DNA of 64,000 nucleotides from Octopus sinensis (GCF_006345805.1 NC_043020.1:21018001-21082000); one strand, 5' to 3'. Shown: positions 37,920 through 52,829, counted from the first letter of the stretch. Made by a program: numbers and translations. Notes: generated by a model from the letters alone, not told the origin.

Positions 37920-39300
37920 GAGAGGCCAAGAATAGAAAGGGAAGGGAATAGAAGAAAAGAGAGAAAATAAGGGAGGAGGGAGCAAAAAAAGGGGGGGGGA
38001 AGGGGACTAAAAGAGAAGAGAAAAGGAAAAAGAGAATAAGAAGAAGAAACAGAAAAAAGAGAAAAGAGAAAGAAATAGGGAAAGAAGGGGAAAAAAAAAT
38101 AATAAAAAAGAGGGTTCTAGTTATCCAGAAGAATTAGTAGACGGCAAGTCTGGTTTTAATTTACAGGCATCTAGGAACTAGAGGAGAATATTATTCTTTG
38201 GCCAGTAAAACAGTTAATTTATTGCTGTTGAAATCAGCTATGAATTTAAAGAGAATCTAAAGAGATAACACAGTCAGGGGTTTAGGGGTCAGATGCTAAA
38301 ATCCAAAGAAAATACATTAGGAAAATCTAAGTATAATCTTATCAAAAAGTCAATAAAACTTACTTATTTAATTTATTGTCTTAAGGAGTTGCCGTTATTA
38401 TTCATACATTGAAGGACTACAGGTCAAATCTTAGAAGATCATTTACAAGGTGTTAGGGGATTGTCTATCATAATGAAGATAATCATATTATCACCGAGGG
38501 GGTAGCCTTATTTATTTAATTTTGAAATAGAATTATGGGGCTAAAGTATCTCATTTTATTTTATTAGAGTTATGCTACTTAAATTAGATTAAGTTAGGAA
38601 TTAAAATTAAAAATTACAATTAAGATTTAAAATTAAGAATTTAAAAGATTATGAGTTTGAAATTAGATAAAGCCTAAATTAAGCAGCGTATAAGTACTAT
38701 TCATTTCCCTGTTCTCAAAAAACTGATGCAGATATAAGGAAAAAGATAACTGTGGTGTGAGAACTCTTAGTTATCTACTTAAAGCAGTGCTATACTAGTA
38801 GAAATCAAGTTATATCTATCTATCTAGTTACGGATATTCTAATCATTTAAAATATTTTAAAGTCTTCAATTTAGCGTGGACACAAACTTGACCTAGTTCG
38901 ATATGATTATTCAATAAGTTTCTATGTTTTCTATGCTTTAGAATTTCATACGTCTCCATGGAGCATAGTTGGCAACCAACCCTACTATTTTTATACGGAA
39001 TTGCTCTCCTAACTATTTCCAATTAAGGTTATAATTTTTATTATTATTTTTGAGTTCCCAGATTTTGTTTGAAAGTGTGGTGGTACCAGCTTTATGACGT
39101 AAGTTAAAAGACGAGATGTGATTTCTAACTCTGGCTAGAAAATTAATTGTACATCCAACGTAAAGATATTTGTTATTCTCCGTGGATATGGTACATTTAT
39201 AGATTACATTATTTTCCCCACATAGACCAGGTGCCGGGCATTTTGATTTTATTCTACACTTACACACAGGAGGAGCAACTTCAGGCTTTGGATTATTCTT
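37920..39300 (-). mobile_element. 5'-truncated PLE (same family as 9772-11058)
   Basis: [21 protein letters not shown]...[19 protein letters not shown]. The 5' end abuts (TA)n at 39301. Confidence 0.8.
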
Positions 39301-39301
39301 G

Positions 39302-39357
<56 letters not shown>

Positions 39358-39358
39358 C

Positions 39359-39421
<63 letters not shown>

Positions 39422-39814
39422 CATACATACAGAGTATGGGGGTTAAGTTTGCAGGTGATCTAAACGATTAGGTACACTAGGTAAGTGCTTTTACAGTTTA
39501 CTGGGGCTCCATAGTTATAGCCTGGACGGTAGTTATGGAACCATTGTAGATTTCTGATGCAGCGGATATATTATTGTTAAATAGGAAAGTAAAAATTAAG
39601 GCAAAGCAAACATCTCGAGTCGTATGCAATATTATTATAGGAAGAAATTGAAGATCTTACAGTTGTTTCTGGGATATCTCTGAGTAAGGGATATCAGGTA
39701 TGGATAATTAAATTATAACAGTTATTATAGTCCACTCTACATTATTGTGCCATTCAAGACACGTTATATTATATTATATTATATTATATTATATTATATT
39801 ATATTATATTATAT

Positions 39815-39885
<71 letters not shown>

Positions 39886-40267
39886 CTGATCAGCTAAAAA
39901 TCCCGTTATTAAAAGCATCGATACTATTGAGCCCAGTAATTGATAGCCTACTTTATTTATTGACCCTGGGGGATGAAAGGTAAAGTAAATCGACTTTGGT
40001 GGTATTCAATATTATGAAGTAACTCCGATCCCCCAGAAACAGCTGTCGGAGTTGTAATGCCTTCTCCGCACTTATTCTTTGAGAGTCTATGTGATCTGAG
40101 TAAGTTTGCTCTATAAAAACACACATATATAGTTTCATACTTGATTGTTGATTATCTGAAAATGTCAAGTGTGGCTTCTCTTTTTGCATGTATACATGTA
40201 TATATATTTTGTACATTAAAACCCCAAGTTTTGTCTGTTTATTTGAATCATTCTCTCTCCCACCCCC

Positions 40268-40330
<63 letters not shown>

Positions 40331-40353
40331 CTATCTATCTATCTATCTATCTA

Positions 40354-40402
<49 letters not shown>

Positions 40403-40499
40403 ATGTATGTATGTATGTATGTATGTATGTATGCATGTATGTATGTTTGTATATAGTTATTTTATATTCCGTCAGGAGTGTAGTAGAGTACAGTATAAA

Positions 40500-40780
40500 G
40501 CTCGTCCACCTTCAGAGTTACCCAGTACTATCGGTAGGCCATACGTGTTTCAAGAAGACTCGGCACCTTCTCACAAAGCCCACGTAACTTATGAAAGGAT
40601 GTCAGACAATCTTTATGATCATTTGATACCAAATCTGTGGCTTCCATACTCGCCAGATTTATATTCCATGGACTTTTACGTTCGGAACGTTGTTGAAATG
40701 GAGACTTACTGACATCCTCACAACACTAGCTTCATTAAAGGTCACCACTGTCTAGATAGTGGGTCCGTCAAAGTTGGTTC
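40500..40780 (+). mobile_element. maT/DD37D-like transposase fragment
   Basis: PYVFQEDSAPSHKA...LWLPYSPDLYSMDFYV. Confidence 0.75.
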
Positions 40781-41149
40781 TAGAATAGTGTTTTACCTCT
40801 TTCTCTTGTGCACAAGGATAGACCTGCAATCCAGCATCACAACCACTTACAACCCTGCCAAACCACTACTATTAGAACCGTCACTGACAATGCCACAACT
40901 GACAGCACTGAAAATATTAATACGCATACCACCACCAGCACCACCACCACCATCACCACCACTTATTCCCTTCTCAATATAGCTGCAGTATGTGCCCCAC
41001 TCCCCTCGCCTCGCCCATACACAAATATGTCCTCTTCTCTCAACTATGAATGTGTCACGTTCAGTATAGTGGTAATGGTGTAGTATAGTGTGATGTAGCG
41101 TAAAGGAGGTAGCCATCTTTTAGTACAGATAGTGATAGTATAGTGGTAG

Positions 41150-41510
41150 TGGCGGTGGTGAGGGCGTAGTGTAGTGATAGTGTTGGTAGTGGTGGTGGTG
41201 GTGATGGTGGTGGTGATGGTGGTGGTGATGGTGATGGTGGTGATGGTGGTGGTGGTGGTGATGGTGGTGATTGTGGTGATGATGATGGTGGTGGTGGTGG
41301 TGATGGTGGTGGTGGTGGTGGTGGTGGTGGTGATGGTGGTGATGGTGGTGATGGTGGTGATGGTAGTGATGGTGGTGATTGTGGTGGTGGTGGTGGTGGT
41401 GGTGATGGTGGTGATGGTGGTGGTGGTGGTGGTGGTGGTAGTGATGGTGGTGATGGTGGTGATGGTGGTGATGGTGATGGTGGTGGTGGTGGTAGTGGTG
41501 GCGGCGATCA
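41150..41510. repeat. (GGT/GAT)n trinucleotide tract
   Basis: Direct read. Confidence 0.95.
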
Positions 41511-41931
41511 GAGCCTAATTAATTCTACCGGTGCCCTTTCCGTTGTCTGACTACTCATTCAGAAAGTGAAATAACAGATTAAATATCCATTTAGTTATTT
41601 TTTTATCCCCCGAACACCCAGGCCTAAAACTATATTTTTAATATAATCTATTTTTTAAAAATTTTATTTACTTGCCACTGAATAGCTGTAAGTGATATAA
41701 GTAGATTATTTAAATATAACCATGGCAACCGGAGAAAATGCACTTTTTTTGTTGTTGTTTTTAAACTGTTATAATTAATCATTTGTACCACGGTAAAGCT
41801 GCGATACCCTTGTTGCCTTAAGCGCAGATGGTTATATAGTTTAATAGTTAATCTGGGTCTGGTGGTAATGTTGGGATCAGTGATGCTGACGGTGCAGTAC
41901 AGTATTAATGATGGCGTAGTGTAAAGGGGAT

Positions 41932-41972
<41 letters not shown>

Positions 41973-42599
41973 GGTGGTGGTGGTGGTGTGGTGGTGGTGT
42001 TAATGAAATGTGATAGTGTATTGTAGTAGTGGTGAGAGCATTGTATACGAGATGGTGGTTATACAATATTTATATGTGATAGATGCGATACAGACATGCT
42101 AGTCAAAGTAGCCTTATGTTCTTCATACTTCACCCAACTCTTCATTCCACTAAACCAATCACCAATAACTTAATGCACTCGAGCATAAATGAGTCAAACA
42201 AGTTATTCTGTTAAAGCCACAATAGAGCATTGCCAGTGATCAGAGTAATAAATATAGACAGACTTTACGTACACATGAAAGTTGCAATTGGTTGGCAACC
42301 GCGTTTTCCCTGTACAAAAGAATCTAATGATTGTTTCTAATTTACTCACAAAGGGAGCTTTATCGAGCTTTATCAGTATGCGACCGAAAAAAATGCAAAG
42401 GAAAGCTGGCCTCGGCGGGATTTGAATTGAGTACATAAAAAGCTGGAAGAATTACGGCAAGATATTTTTCGTCCGACGCTCAAATGATTTTGTCAATCCA
42501 ATGCTTTGAGGTTGTCAAATAATGTAACACACTAGATGCATATTTCGATTTGTTTCAGAGTAATACATCTGCTGCAGAGGATTGTAACATCATTAGATC

Positions 42600-43675
42600 T
42601 TTTGTGTGGAAGAGAAATAATTCTTTCAAAAGATGTGTAGGGAAGATGTAGGTTCGAGTTCCACGGGTAACTTATTTTCCTCATCTAATCTTATATTGGA
42701 GTAGTGGTGAGAGCACTCTTTTAATAATTTTATCTATGTATGATAAAAAACATGAAATTCTCTAATAATACTAATTCTTTCCAGAAGGATCTATACAAAA
42801 TTATATCTAAAATAAGGGGTTCACCACACCTGCACGTCTTTTCGGGCAAAACTGGAAATCTTTACTCCCTCCCCTTGAAAACGTACACCAAACTTATATC
42901 AAAGGAACTAAACGCAAATTATAAACATACACATAGGAATGCTCTTAAGGACATTAATAACATCCACTGATCTAAATTTACGAAATAGAACTGAACCATA
43001 CACACTTCACCCTGAAAGATCACAAACCCAACTTCTCCACTTAGCCTTTCTATTAGACTGATCTGCTCCACTAAATCAAACTTGGGTCGAATTAGTAAAT
43101 GCATTATTGACCGTATTCTAACCCTAGTTAGGACTAACGTTTAGCTTCCGCTCTGGAATTGTACTGGTGACATCATCACCTGGTTTCACTCCCTTCCTGA
43201 TAAACAGCATACCCATTTCCTTCAGTTTGACATCTGAAATTATCATTCTTCAATATCACCAATTCTCTTAAATAAAGCTTTAATCTTCACTCGAAAGTAT
43301 GCACTTATATCTCAATCTGATATTGATATCATCCTGGGTGCTAAGAACACTCTAATTCACTGTAAGGATAATAACTGGACCCGCAACTCATCTACCGATT
43401 TCTTCGATATAATCATGAGCTCATCTGACTCAGCCCAGGTTACTGACTTAGGTGGCCTGTTCCTTCTTTCCCAAATTAAACAATACTTCCCTAACCTCTT
43501 CAGAACACTCTATAGGGATGATGCACTCCTTACATCAACTGGATTGTCTCAACCGTCTGTGGAACGCACCAAAAAAGCCCTACACAAACTTCTTAAAAGC
43601 TATAACCCCGAAAATGATACTAAGGTGACCAATTTCTTAGACGTTACTCTGGACTTAAATAAAAATCTATATCAC
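42600..43675 (+). mobile_element. Decayed PLE RT fragment interrupted by an LTR element
   Basis: GKTGNLY, INP, MSSSDSAQVTDLGGLFLL, LYRDDAL, VTNFLDVTLDL. Confidence 0.8.
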
Positions 43676-46600
43676 TGTTGTAATCCAACGTCAGACTGTT
43701 ATAACGTCCACTCCGGTATAGCAGTATAATTAGACAAGACGCGACTCTCTATGACCAACTTCGCTGACTTCAGGACAACTCGACTTCCTACGTCACAATA
43801 TTTGTAGCGACTGTCACATACCGCTCGTCACGTGGGAGGGGTATTCCATTTTATTATCCTCATAATACCTCTTCTTTTAAGTTTTTTCTCTAAGCGGTGT
43901 AATTTCATTTCTTTTTATTTAAAATAATTTTTTACATCACCTCGCCTCCCTTTTTTGAGTTTTTTTCTTCATACAGTTACAATTGAAATATTTTTTTCCC
44001 GTTTTGCATCCACTTTCAGGAACTCCGTACATTTTCTTTTTCCATCACTTGTGCGTCTGAGTTCAATTATTTGTAGTGGCGTAGGTACTTGACAAGTATC
44101 ATACAATCATTCCATTTTTCTTTGCGTTGTACTAAGCACTCCAGTCTCTTGGGCTCGCTCTCGACGAATCTCTTTTATACCCATTTTCTTCCTTTTACTA
44201 AGCATAGCATTTTTCCTATGCGATTGGCAATCGCGCCGTTTTCCCAACTTTAGTTTCCGTTGTTATATACTCTAACAAATATATTTTCACCAATTTCAAT
44301 ACATCTAGCTGTATTATCATTTGCAATTTTTCTTTTCTTACTGTTGTAACTTACTTTGTTGCGTACAATAAATAAAGTAACCAGACAACAGTAAAAACAA
44401 TGTAACGAATTAAAAAATCCCTCCATGAAACAACAATCAGTATTCTTTGTGAACTAATCTTCCAATTTCACTGCGAATTAACACGAACTCTGAATTTATG
44501 CACTCACTCGGATCGTTACTATTTATACCTTACTCAGACCGGTCTATCTCTCGCAAGGGGTGTCGTAACTCTCATCACAACATCTCCCCCTTTTGAAAGT
44601 GGAATTTCTTTTCTTTTTTCTCTCCAGCACCTCTCACTCTTAATTTTCCTTTTTTTTTTTAGCTGTTGTATCTTAATTATCACCCGACTTTTAAAGTAGT
44701 ATTGTTCGTTGCACACAGCACTCTTTCTTTGCATTGTGCTAAGCACTCTTGTCTTTTTAAAAACAAAGTTTAATATCTTTTTCATTTATTCTAGATATTC
44801 AGTCTGTTTTCGTTTTCTGAAGCTAGTTCTACGGGTTCAATATCTCCCGGTGCTAGCACTTCAAACATATCATAGAAGACTTCCATTGGTATTACTTTTC
44901 GTTATTCTATATGTCTCATCTTTAACTGACTCAGGTGTCTCTTATGCTCCGAATGATGTCCTTTAGTTATCTGAAACTAACGTGTCTGGAATACCGTATC
45001 GAGCAAATAACTCGACTAGTAACTTTATTGTTGTCTTTGCTGTGGGTTTATTACATCTGCATACCTCTGGCCACTTTTCATATCTATCAACAACGATTAG
45101 ATAGGATGCGCCGTTCACTGGTCCATCATAGTCGATATGAATCCTGGACCATGGGTTCTTAGTCTTTGTGCATAGACCTAGTCTGTCCGAGAGTACTTGC
45201 GGAAACATTTTAAAAACTTTTCTCTTTAACTCTTCAGACGAATTATTTTTAGTGGGACAACCATTAGAGATTTATGGTGAGGTCCCATAAATCGAATAAT
45301 TCTAACCAGATCGGTGTATTTTCAATGATGAAGTCTTGCCTTGCATATTGTCCCTCGGAATATGATATTAGTCCACTTTTCGCTTATGAAATGTAATTTG
45401 TCGCTCGTCATGCTACGAGCAGATTTCGCTGTTTTTCTCAATATAAGTTTCCCTATTTTCTTCTATGTGTCCATATTTACTAGTGTAATGTCAATTTCAG
45501 TATCTATTTGAAGTTAAATATGTATTCCATTTATTTTTACGTCTACGAATTTTCTTATTTGGGTGCTGATTTTTGTTTCTACTGAGAGGCCTCCAGGGTT
45601 TTTAACGTTTGACTTTCGTAATTTTGTTCTGCAATGTGAACTCTTATGACTGATTCTTTTGCAAATGTAACATTTTTCATTTTTAAATAGACAGTCTTTT
45701 CTGAAATGTATGCCACCACATCCATAAAATGGATTAGGATGTGGCACTCATTTTTAGTTGTACTTCTCCGGTCGGCATATCTGTATTTTTGAGGAGTCCT
45801 TTTCTTGAATTTTTTCTTCGTCGTGTTTCAGGTTTATCATCCTTTGGCATTCTACTGCCACGGACTGTAAGATCAAACCTTAGTTCGCTTGTTCCAATTT
45901 AGAAAGAATTCTTGCCCGAATTTCTGCATCTTCACTTGCTGTAATGCTTTGTACGAAAATAAGACACTTGAATGACTGTTCCTGCGTAAGTGATAAAATC
46001 ATCATTCTCTTTTTTCGTTATATTCCGACATTCCATTCCAGTGTTAAATAGAGAAGTTTTATCACCGAATATGTAAGACAGTAATTCTATTATTTCTTTA
46101 AAACAAATTTCATTGGGTTGTTTGCGCTATATGAAATTACAGTAACGTTCATGCACTAACGGAGCTAATTTTCGCAATAACAATCTCACATTTTGTTTGT
46201 CCGACCATGAGTTGCAATCTTGCTTAAAACTCTCCTCTTACCTTCTGTTGTACGATGCAACAGTTATACCCTACTCTAGGTTTAACTGAATTCATTAATC
46301 GAATTCGATTCACCGTCTGAACTTGTTTGAATATAACTCCAATAATAGTTACTGCTGCGATAGTTGCTTCTTCAACTCCTGTTGCTGTTCTTGTTGTTGC
46401 TTTTTCAACTGTACTATGGAAGCTAATAAGTATTCCATTATTTAACAAGTTGTATCACGAACAACTTGTTAAATAACCAACGTAAGCTTCGAAAACCTCG
46501 TCATCAGATATTGTAACCTAATTTGTTACGTACAATAAATAAGACAACCAGACAACAGTAAACAACAATATAACGAACTAAGAAATCTCTTTACGAACCA

Positions 46601-49600
46601 ACAATCAATATTCCTTGTGAATTAACCTACCAACACCTTCCGACTTCACTGCGAACTAACACGAACTTCACGCGACTCCGAACTCTGAACTTATGAACGC
46701 ACTCGGATCGTTACTGTTTATACTTTACACGGACCAGTCTATCTCTTGCAAGTGGGTGTCGTAACTCTCGTCACAACACTTACCATGTAGCAATTTGTCG
46801 AAGACTGATTTTATTTTCCTCGCAAACATTAGTTCCGCTGGTGACATACCTGCTACTGTGTTTGAATTTGGTGTCGCTCGGTATAGTCTTAAGAATTGTT
46901 ATAGAGCTACCTCATCCGTGACTTCTTTATTCGACTTTCTAAGCGCTCTCTTGAACGTATCGACAAAGCGTTCTGTTTGTCTGTTAGATTTGTGATGGTA
47001 TGGAGCTGTAGTTGTATGTTCTGCAGCGAACGTTTTACAAAACTCTTTAAACTCAAAAGACACAAATTGCGTTCCATTATCAGACACTATAATGTCTGGG
47101 ACACCAAATCTCACAAGCAGCTCCTGTAGAAAGCTTGTCGTAGTTGAGGAGGTTGGCTTTTTACACTTGCTAATTTCTGGTCATTTAGAGAAACTATCTA
47201 CTACCACTAAGTTGCATGAACGGTTTGAGGGACCAGCGAAATCAATGTGTAGTCTCAACCACGGAACATCTACTTTTGGCCAAAGTTCACTTTTTATCGT
47301 CGGGTATTTTGCTGCTAGAGCACATCCTCTGCGACTTTTCACTAAATTTTCAATTTCTCTTTTCCTTTTTGGTCAGCACACTTAGCCACGCATTAAAGCT
47401 TTCATCCTCGAAATACCAGGATGTCCAACATGGAATTCCCTCAACATTTCCTTTTGCAGTGTTTCAGATATTACTACCCTCTGTGCATACATCAGCACAC
47501 TATCACATCTTGATTTCGTATCGCATCAACTCTGTTCCTATTTACTTTTCCTGTCCACAGTATTCTTTTCATTTCTGTTATGAATTTGTCCTTTTCCGCA
47601 TTTTGTTTTGTCTTCAAAGGTCACCGGTAATTCCCGTACCACATTCCACATTACATTTTTTATTTCTCCTTCCGAATGCTGCGATTACCGTACCTTGGAA
47701 TGGCTCGCAGTGTTTCGGTATTAGTCTGGACAAACCATCCGTATGCCCTAGTTTCTTTGACGATAAATATTCCATTTTGAAATCATAATTCAATAATTTA
47801 ATCCCCCATCACTGTAGTCTATTAGCTGTGTGTGTTGGTATTCCTTGTTTAGAACCGCATATTGACAGTAGTGGGCGATGATCTGTTTGTAGACAGAAAC
47901 TTCTTCCATTAATAAATCTATGGAATTTCTTATACCGAATATGAATGCTAACGCTTCCTTTTCTATTTGGCTGTAGTTCCTTTCTGCTGATAATAACGAT
48001 CGTGACGCATGGGTTTTCACTCCCAGCGTCATATTTGTGCAGAAGCACTGCTCCAACACCGTAATCTCTCGCATCTGTAGCCAGTATAATATCCAGCTTC
48101 GGATCAAAATGCGTCAACGATAAGTTCGATGTTAAACTGTTTTTTAATTCGTCAAATGCCTTCTGGCACTTATCAGTCCAGCACCATTTTGCATTTTCTT
48201 TAACAAATCATTTAGTAAGGCCTTTACATTACACTATGTACATTGGGAATAGAAATTTAGTAATAATTTACTAATCCCAAAAATGCTTGTAGCATAGGCA
48301 CATTATTCGGCGTGGGCATACTTTTTATCTCAGTTGCTCTGGATGAATCCAGTTGCCGCCCGTTTTTATCTATTATGTGGCTCAAGTATTTAATTTTCTT
48401 TCTTTTCAGAATAAACTCGTATTTTTTCTTCACTTAGCTTAAAGCTAATCTTTTCGAATACCCTTTTTACGTGTTCTACATTTTCTTCGTGTGATTAATT
48501 TTTTATTAGGATAACGTCTAAATAGGTGACAGCAAAATCACAGTCCGACTATATTCCCACACAAAACAGTTCCATCCACTCTGTGCCAAACAAATTTACT
48601 GAATTTTTAAAAACATACTTTTGCCGTTTTTATTTGGTCATGGAATGTCACATTACGCACAAATTCACCTACAAAATACTTTTACCCGTAACATCGTGTA
48701 CTACTTTTGTAGATTTACCTAATTTTGGCCTACCGATATACATCCAATTTCTTCATTCACAATGGTAATATGACTTTCGGTATCAAACTGCATTTTTACT
48801 CTTATATTTTCAATTTTCACATTTATGAATTTCCTCTTTGTCACATTACCATTTTCTTTCGACGACACCTTGTTTACTTTTTTCTTTGTTCCAACGTTTT
48901 ATCATCTTGGTTTTACAGTGCGCTTTTACGTGTCCAATTTTTCCACAACGGATACATTCCACTTTCTTAAATAGACTAAATAGGCTGTTTTTTCTCAGGT
49001 GTAGACCTCCCCATGCAAAACATGGGTTTGTTTCCAGACTTTTGTCTTGTTTGTACTGTATTTTAGTACACACTTGATTTCTATTTTGCCTGTTTTGTAT
49101 TTTCTGATACACCTGTTTCACTTGGGAGCAATCTTTATCTTCACTTTTCTCTGTGTCGTGTCTTAGATTTACTATTCTTCCACACTCTTCTGACATGTAA
49201 GGTTACAGCTTGGTTTTTTTCCCAGCTTAGCGAGAATTCTTGTTCTTACTTCTGCGTCTTTTTCTGCAGTTAGTCCCCGAGTATATATCAGGTACTTAAA
49301 CATGTCTGGTGTTAATTCGTCCAGTTTGAACTTTTCACATTCTCTGTTAACTCTATCAGCATATGTAATGTTGTCCTCCTTGTTATTCTTTTCTAGGTTC
49401 AAACATTTCCAGCGTGTTTTGAACAACGAGCTTTTCTCACTAAAACTTTTACACAATATGTCTATGGTGTCTTTAAAGTTTATGTCAGAAGGTTTTTCAG
49501 GGGTACGTAATTGCTGTAACGCTCATGTCCTCCTACTGCCAGTTTTCTTAGGATTAGACGCGTTTGCTTTCTTTATTAAAGATCTGTTCATATCTTCAAT

Positions 49601-50114
49601 AGAACGCCTCGAAGGTAACTCGTTTGTCTGGTTCATACTTAAATTCCGTTAGTGATTTCGCAACATAATCTGGCGAGAACATCTTTTCAGTATTTTTGGA
49701 CGACATTAATTGCAGCATTTGTTGCTGTAATAGTAATTGTTGTTGTTATTGTTGCATTTGTTATTGCAATTGTTGTTGTTGCTGTCGTTGTTCTTGCAGT
49801 TGTTGTTGATGCTGCTTTTGCAACTCGAGCAAACCGGCCAACAATTATTCCATAAATTTACGGTTTTGTATACCGTAAAATTTGCACAAAAAACTTTTTT
49901 TGTGTTTTGTAACTCCAAATGAGTTTATTTAATCCTCGTGAGTTTGGTAATTCCTCGTCGCCACTGTTGTAATCCAACGTCAGACTATTACAACGTCCAC
50001 TCCAGTATAGTAGTATAGTTAGTAAGACAAGTAAAGACACGACTATCTGTGACCAATTTCGCCGATTTTCAACCACTCGACTTCCTACGTCACAGTCTTT
50101 GTAACGACTAGCAC
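43676..50114 (-). mobile_element. Ty3/gypsy LTR retrotransposon (element C), decayed; hosts element B
   Basis: 3' LTR ~43676-43867 with PPT at 43868-43878. 5' LTR 49965-50114, cut by a SINE. PBS GTGGCGACGAGG at 49953-49964. Gag with a Gln-rich start and CxxC..GH...C, protease, partial RT, RNase H (LATDA..YGVGAVL, YSQIEKE) and integrase (VSDNGTQF, SNRQTERF). Confidence 0.9.
44342..46778 (-). mobile_element. Complete RT-less LTR element (copy B) inserted in the integrase of element C
   Basis: 5-bp TSD CTTAC (44337-44341 and 46779-46783). LTRs at 46509-46778 and 44342-44581. PPT AAAAGGGGGAGA at 44582-44593. The protease remnant joins directly to the integrase core. Confidence 0.92.
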
Positions 50115-50465
50115 ATTTGACTGCAGCCATGCTAGAGTACCGCCTTTTAGTCGAACAAATCGACCCCAAGTCATTCTTTGTAAGCTTGGTCCATCACTTT
50201 TCCGAACCGCTAAGTTATAGGGCATAAACACACCAACATCGGTTGTGAAACAAGGGTGGTGGGACAAACGCAGACATAAAGACACACACACATACATACT
50301 AATATATACTAATATATTCGACGGGCTTCTTTCAGCTTCCGTCTACCAAATCCACTCACAAGGCTTTGGTCGGCCCGAGGCTTTAGCAGAAGACACTTGC
50401 CCAAGGTACTACACATTGGGATTGAACCCAGAACCATGTGATGTGAAGTAAGATTCTTACCATCA
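50115..50465 (-). mobile_element. tRNA-derived SINE family 1, near full length
   Basis: Reverse-complement similarity to 12541-12870. Confidence 0.88.
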
Positions 50466-51451
50466 TCTGAAAGCTTCCACCTTTTGCCTTCTCTCAGTTT
50501 GCATGTATACATATATACATATTTTGTATTTGATGTATTTAATATATTTAATATATTTGATGTGTCCAATTTGCTTATTCCCGTAATTTCTTCTATACCC
50601 ACTCAACACGATCCCTTTCCTTACCTTGTGAAATGATCCCCTGTAAAGACATCGGAGTTTGAATCTTTTTGAGCACTACCAAGTGTCTTCTATACAGAGA
50701 ATATCTGGATCTCATCTGTGAACTATAAGTATATATATTTGTGAAAGCAGACAACAAACGTCAAGGCATAATAAGCACCTCAAGTCATATACATTATTAT
50801 TCTTAAATTAGTTGAGGTCTTACAGCTGTTTCTGTGATATCCCAAGTGATAGGCGAGTATGCCTTACTATGGGGTATTCCGTCATCAAAAACAGTTCGGT
50901 AAAATTTCCAGTGTAACAACAAGTGATTTCAATATATTTGTCAACAGATAAGTAAAATTTCCAGGTGGATAAAACAGCAGAACGCTGCGTCAACAAGTGA
51001 TTTCAATATAGTTGTCAACACGTGCTTTCTCGCAGACAAAAGAGTTCTCATATTCCGCTTGTTACAATGGGAGCAAACATGAATGTGTCTGTGACTGACG
51101 ATTAGCTAAAATTACCCCAAATTTTCAAACTTTAATTGCCAATACCTTTTTATTTAATGATGTATGGCGAAAATGATTTTCATAACATTCATTAGCTTAT
51201 AAAAGTGTAGCATTACACTGAATATGAAATCCATTCTAAATTCATGGAAATATATCTTATAATTTAAAGTTTTATTATTAAACTTTGGAAAATAGTGACA
51301 CTACCTTGATAGGTAACGCGTTGGTGGGGAATTATTAAACGAGTTGAGGGATGGAATATGATGGCCGGAATTTGATAAGTTCAGAACTTAAGGTCGTTTA
51401 TTTGTTAATTCATTAGACTTTTTTGACTGTGCTAACTTAATCATGAGAGGA

Positions 51452-51455
51452 ATAT

Positions 51456-51546
<91 letters not shown>
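51452..51546. repeat. (TA)n microsatellite
   Basis: Direct read. Confidence 0.95.
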
Positions 51547-51550
<4 letters not shown>

Positions 51551-51849
51551 ATGTATGTCTGTATATATGTCTGTATGTATGTCTGTATACGTACGTATGT
51601 ATGTCATTATTCAGTTTAATTCAAGATTTCTTGCCAATAGAGAAAGAACCGATTTCTAACCAAGATTCAAGGCTCCTTCATTGGAATTTCAACATCAACA
51701 ACAGGGTATTTTTGTATGTATGTATGTATGTATGTATGTATGTATGTGCAGATATGTGTGTTTTATGTATGTATTCTCATGCATAGAGTTGCATATCTAG
51801 ACATGCTCATATATATTTAAATGATAAACTTCTGGAAAGTTTTACAGAT

Positions 51850-52430
51850 TTTTACAGTTCCAGTGATGGACTGGATCTGTAGTCTTCAAATTAGCTTTCT
51901 CCCTTTCGGTCCTGAGAAACCCAATATCTCAAGATTGGTATTTAGGCAGTGTGTTACATATTCCAGGGCCCCAATAATTACAGGTATAAACCTGAACTTG
52001 TAATCTGAATAGAGTAAGTGCAGATTTCTCAATAGTTCAGTATAGGTGTTCATTTTTCACTGATCTTCGCTAATTTCCACAACTGTGCACAGTTTCTCTT
52101 CTCTGTCCTAAATCATTATATCAGGTATATTGTGCTTACATTTTAGTGAGGTCTTCACAGGTACATTCCACCAGTATTCCTTTTTATTATGAGTGACTAT
52201 GGCTTCTATCATATTGTGGGTTCTTATTTCTTTGTCCTCGGTATTATCTTTCCGACGGATTTCATTATAAAGCGTCCTAGCTCCATAGTCATGTCTCATC
52301 GGTAGATAACACCGTGATGACATTTTCGTATAACTGCTTATGATGTGGGTGATATCTTCAGTATGAACTCAGCATCGGTTGTTACACTTTACGGCTTTAC
52401 CTGCATCTCTATCCCTTTTGTGCATCAGGT
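51850..52430 (-). mobile_element. RLE-type non-LTR 3' fragment (R4/Dong-like)
   Basis: EDITHIISS...LPMRHD, WWNVPVKT..KCKHNIPDI, VVEI, FIPVIIGAL. Confidence 0.7.
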
Positions 52431-52529
52431 ACTTGGTTGATATTTTCTGTTCCTGGATTGCAAACGTATGCCCTTCAAAGTGTACGTACGTATGTATGTA
52501 TGTATGTCTGTATTGTATGTATGTATGTA

Positions 52530-52600
<71 letters not shown>

Positions 52601-52829
52601 ATACATACATACATACATACATGCATGCATGCAAGCATGCATGTATGCATACATACATACATACATACATACATATACATACATACATACATACATACAT
52701 ACATACATACTGTACATTATATATGACGTTTATTTCAATTAACTATTATGCATTTTATTACATTAATTAACAAAATAATTATTTGATAATATTTTAATTA
52801 AGTTAAGAAAATATGAAGTACGCCATAAT

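Noticed and set aside
50899-51020. Short direct repeats (29 bp and 13 bp)
   Set aside because: This is an ordinary local tandem duplication with only two units.
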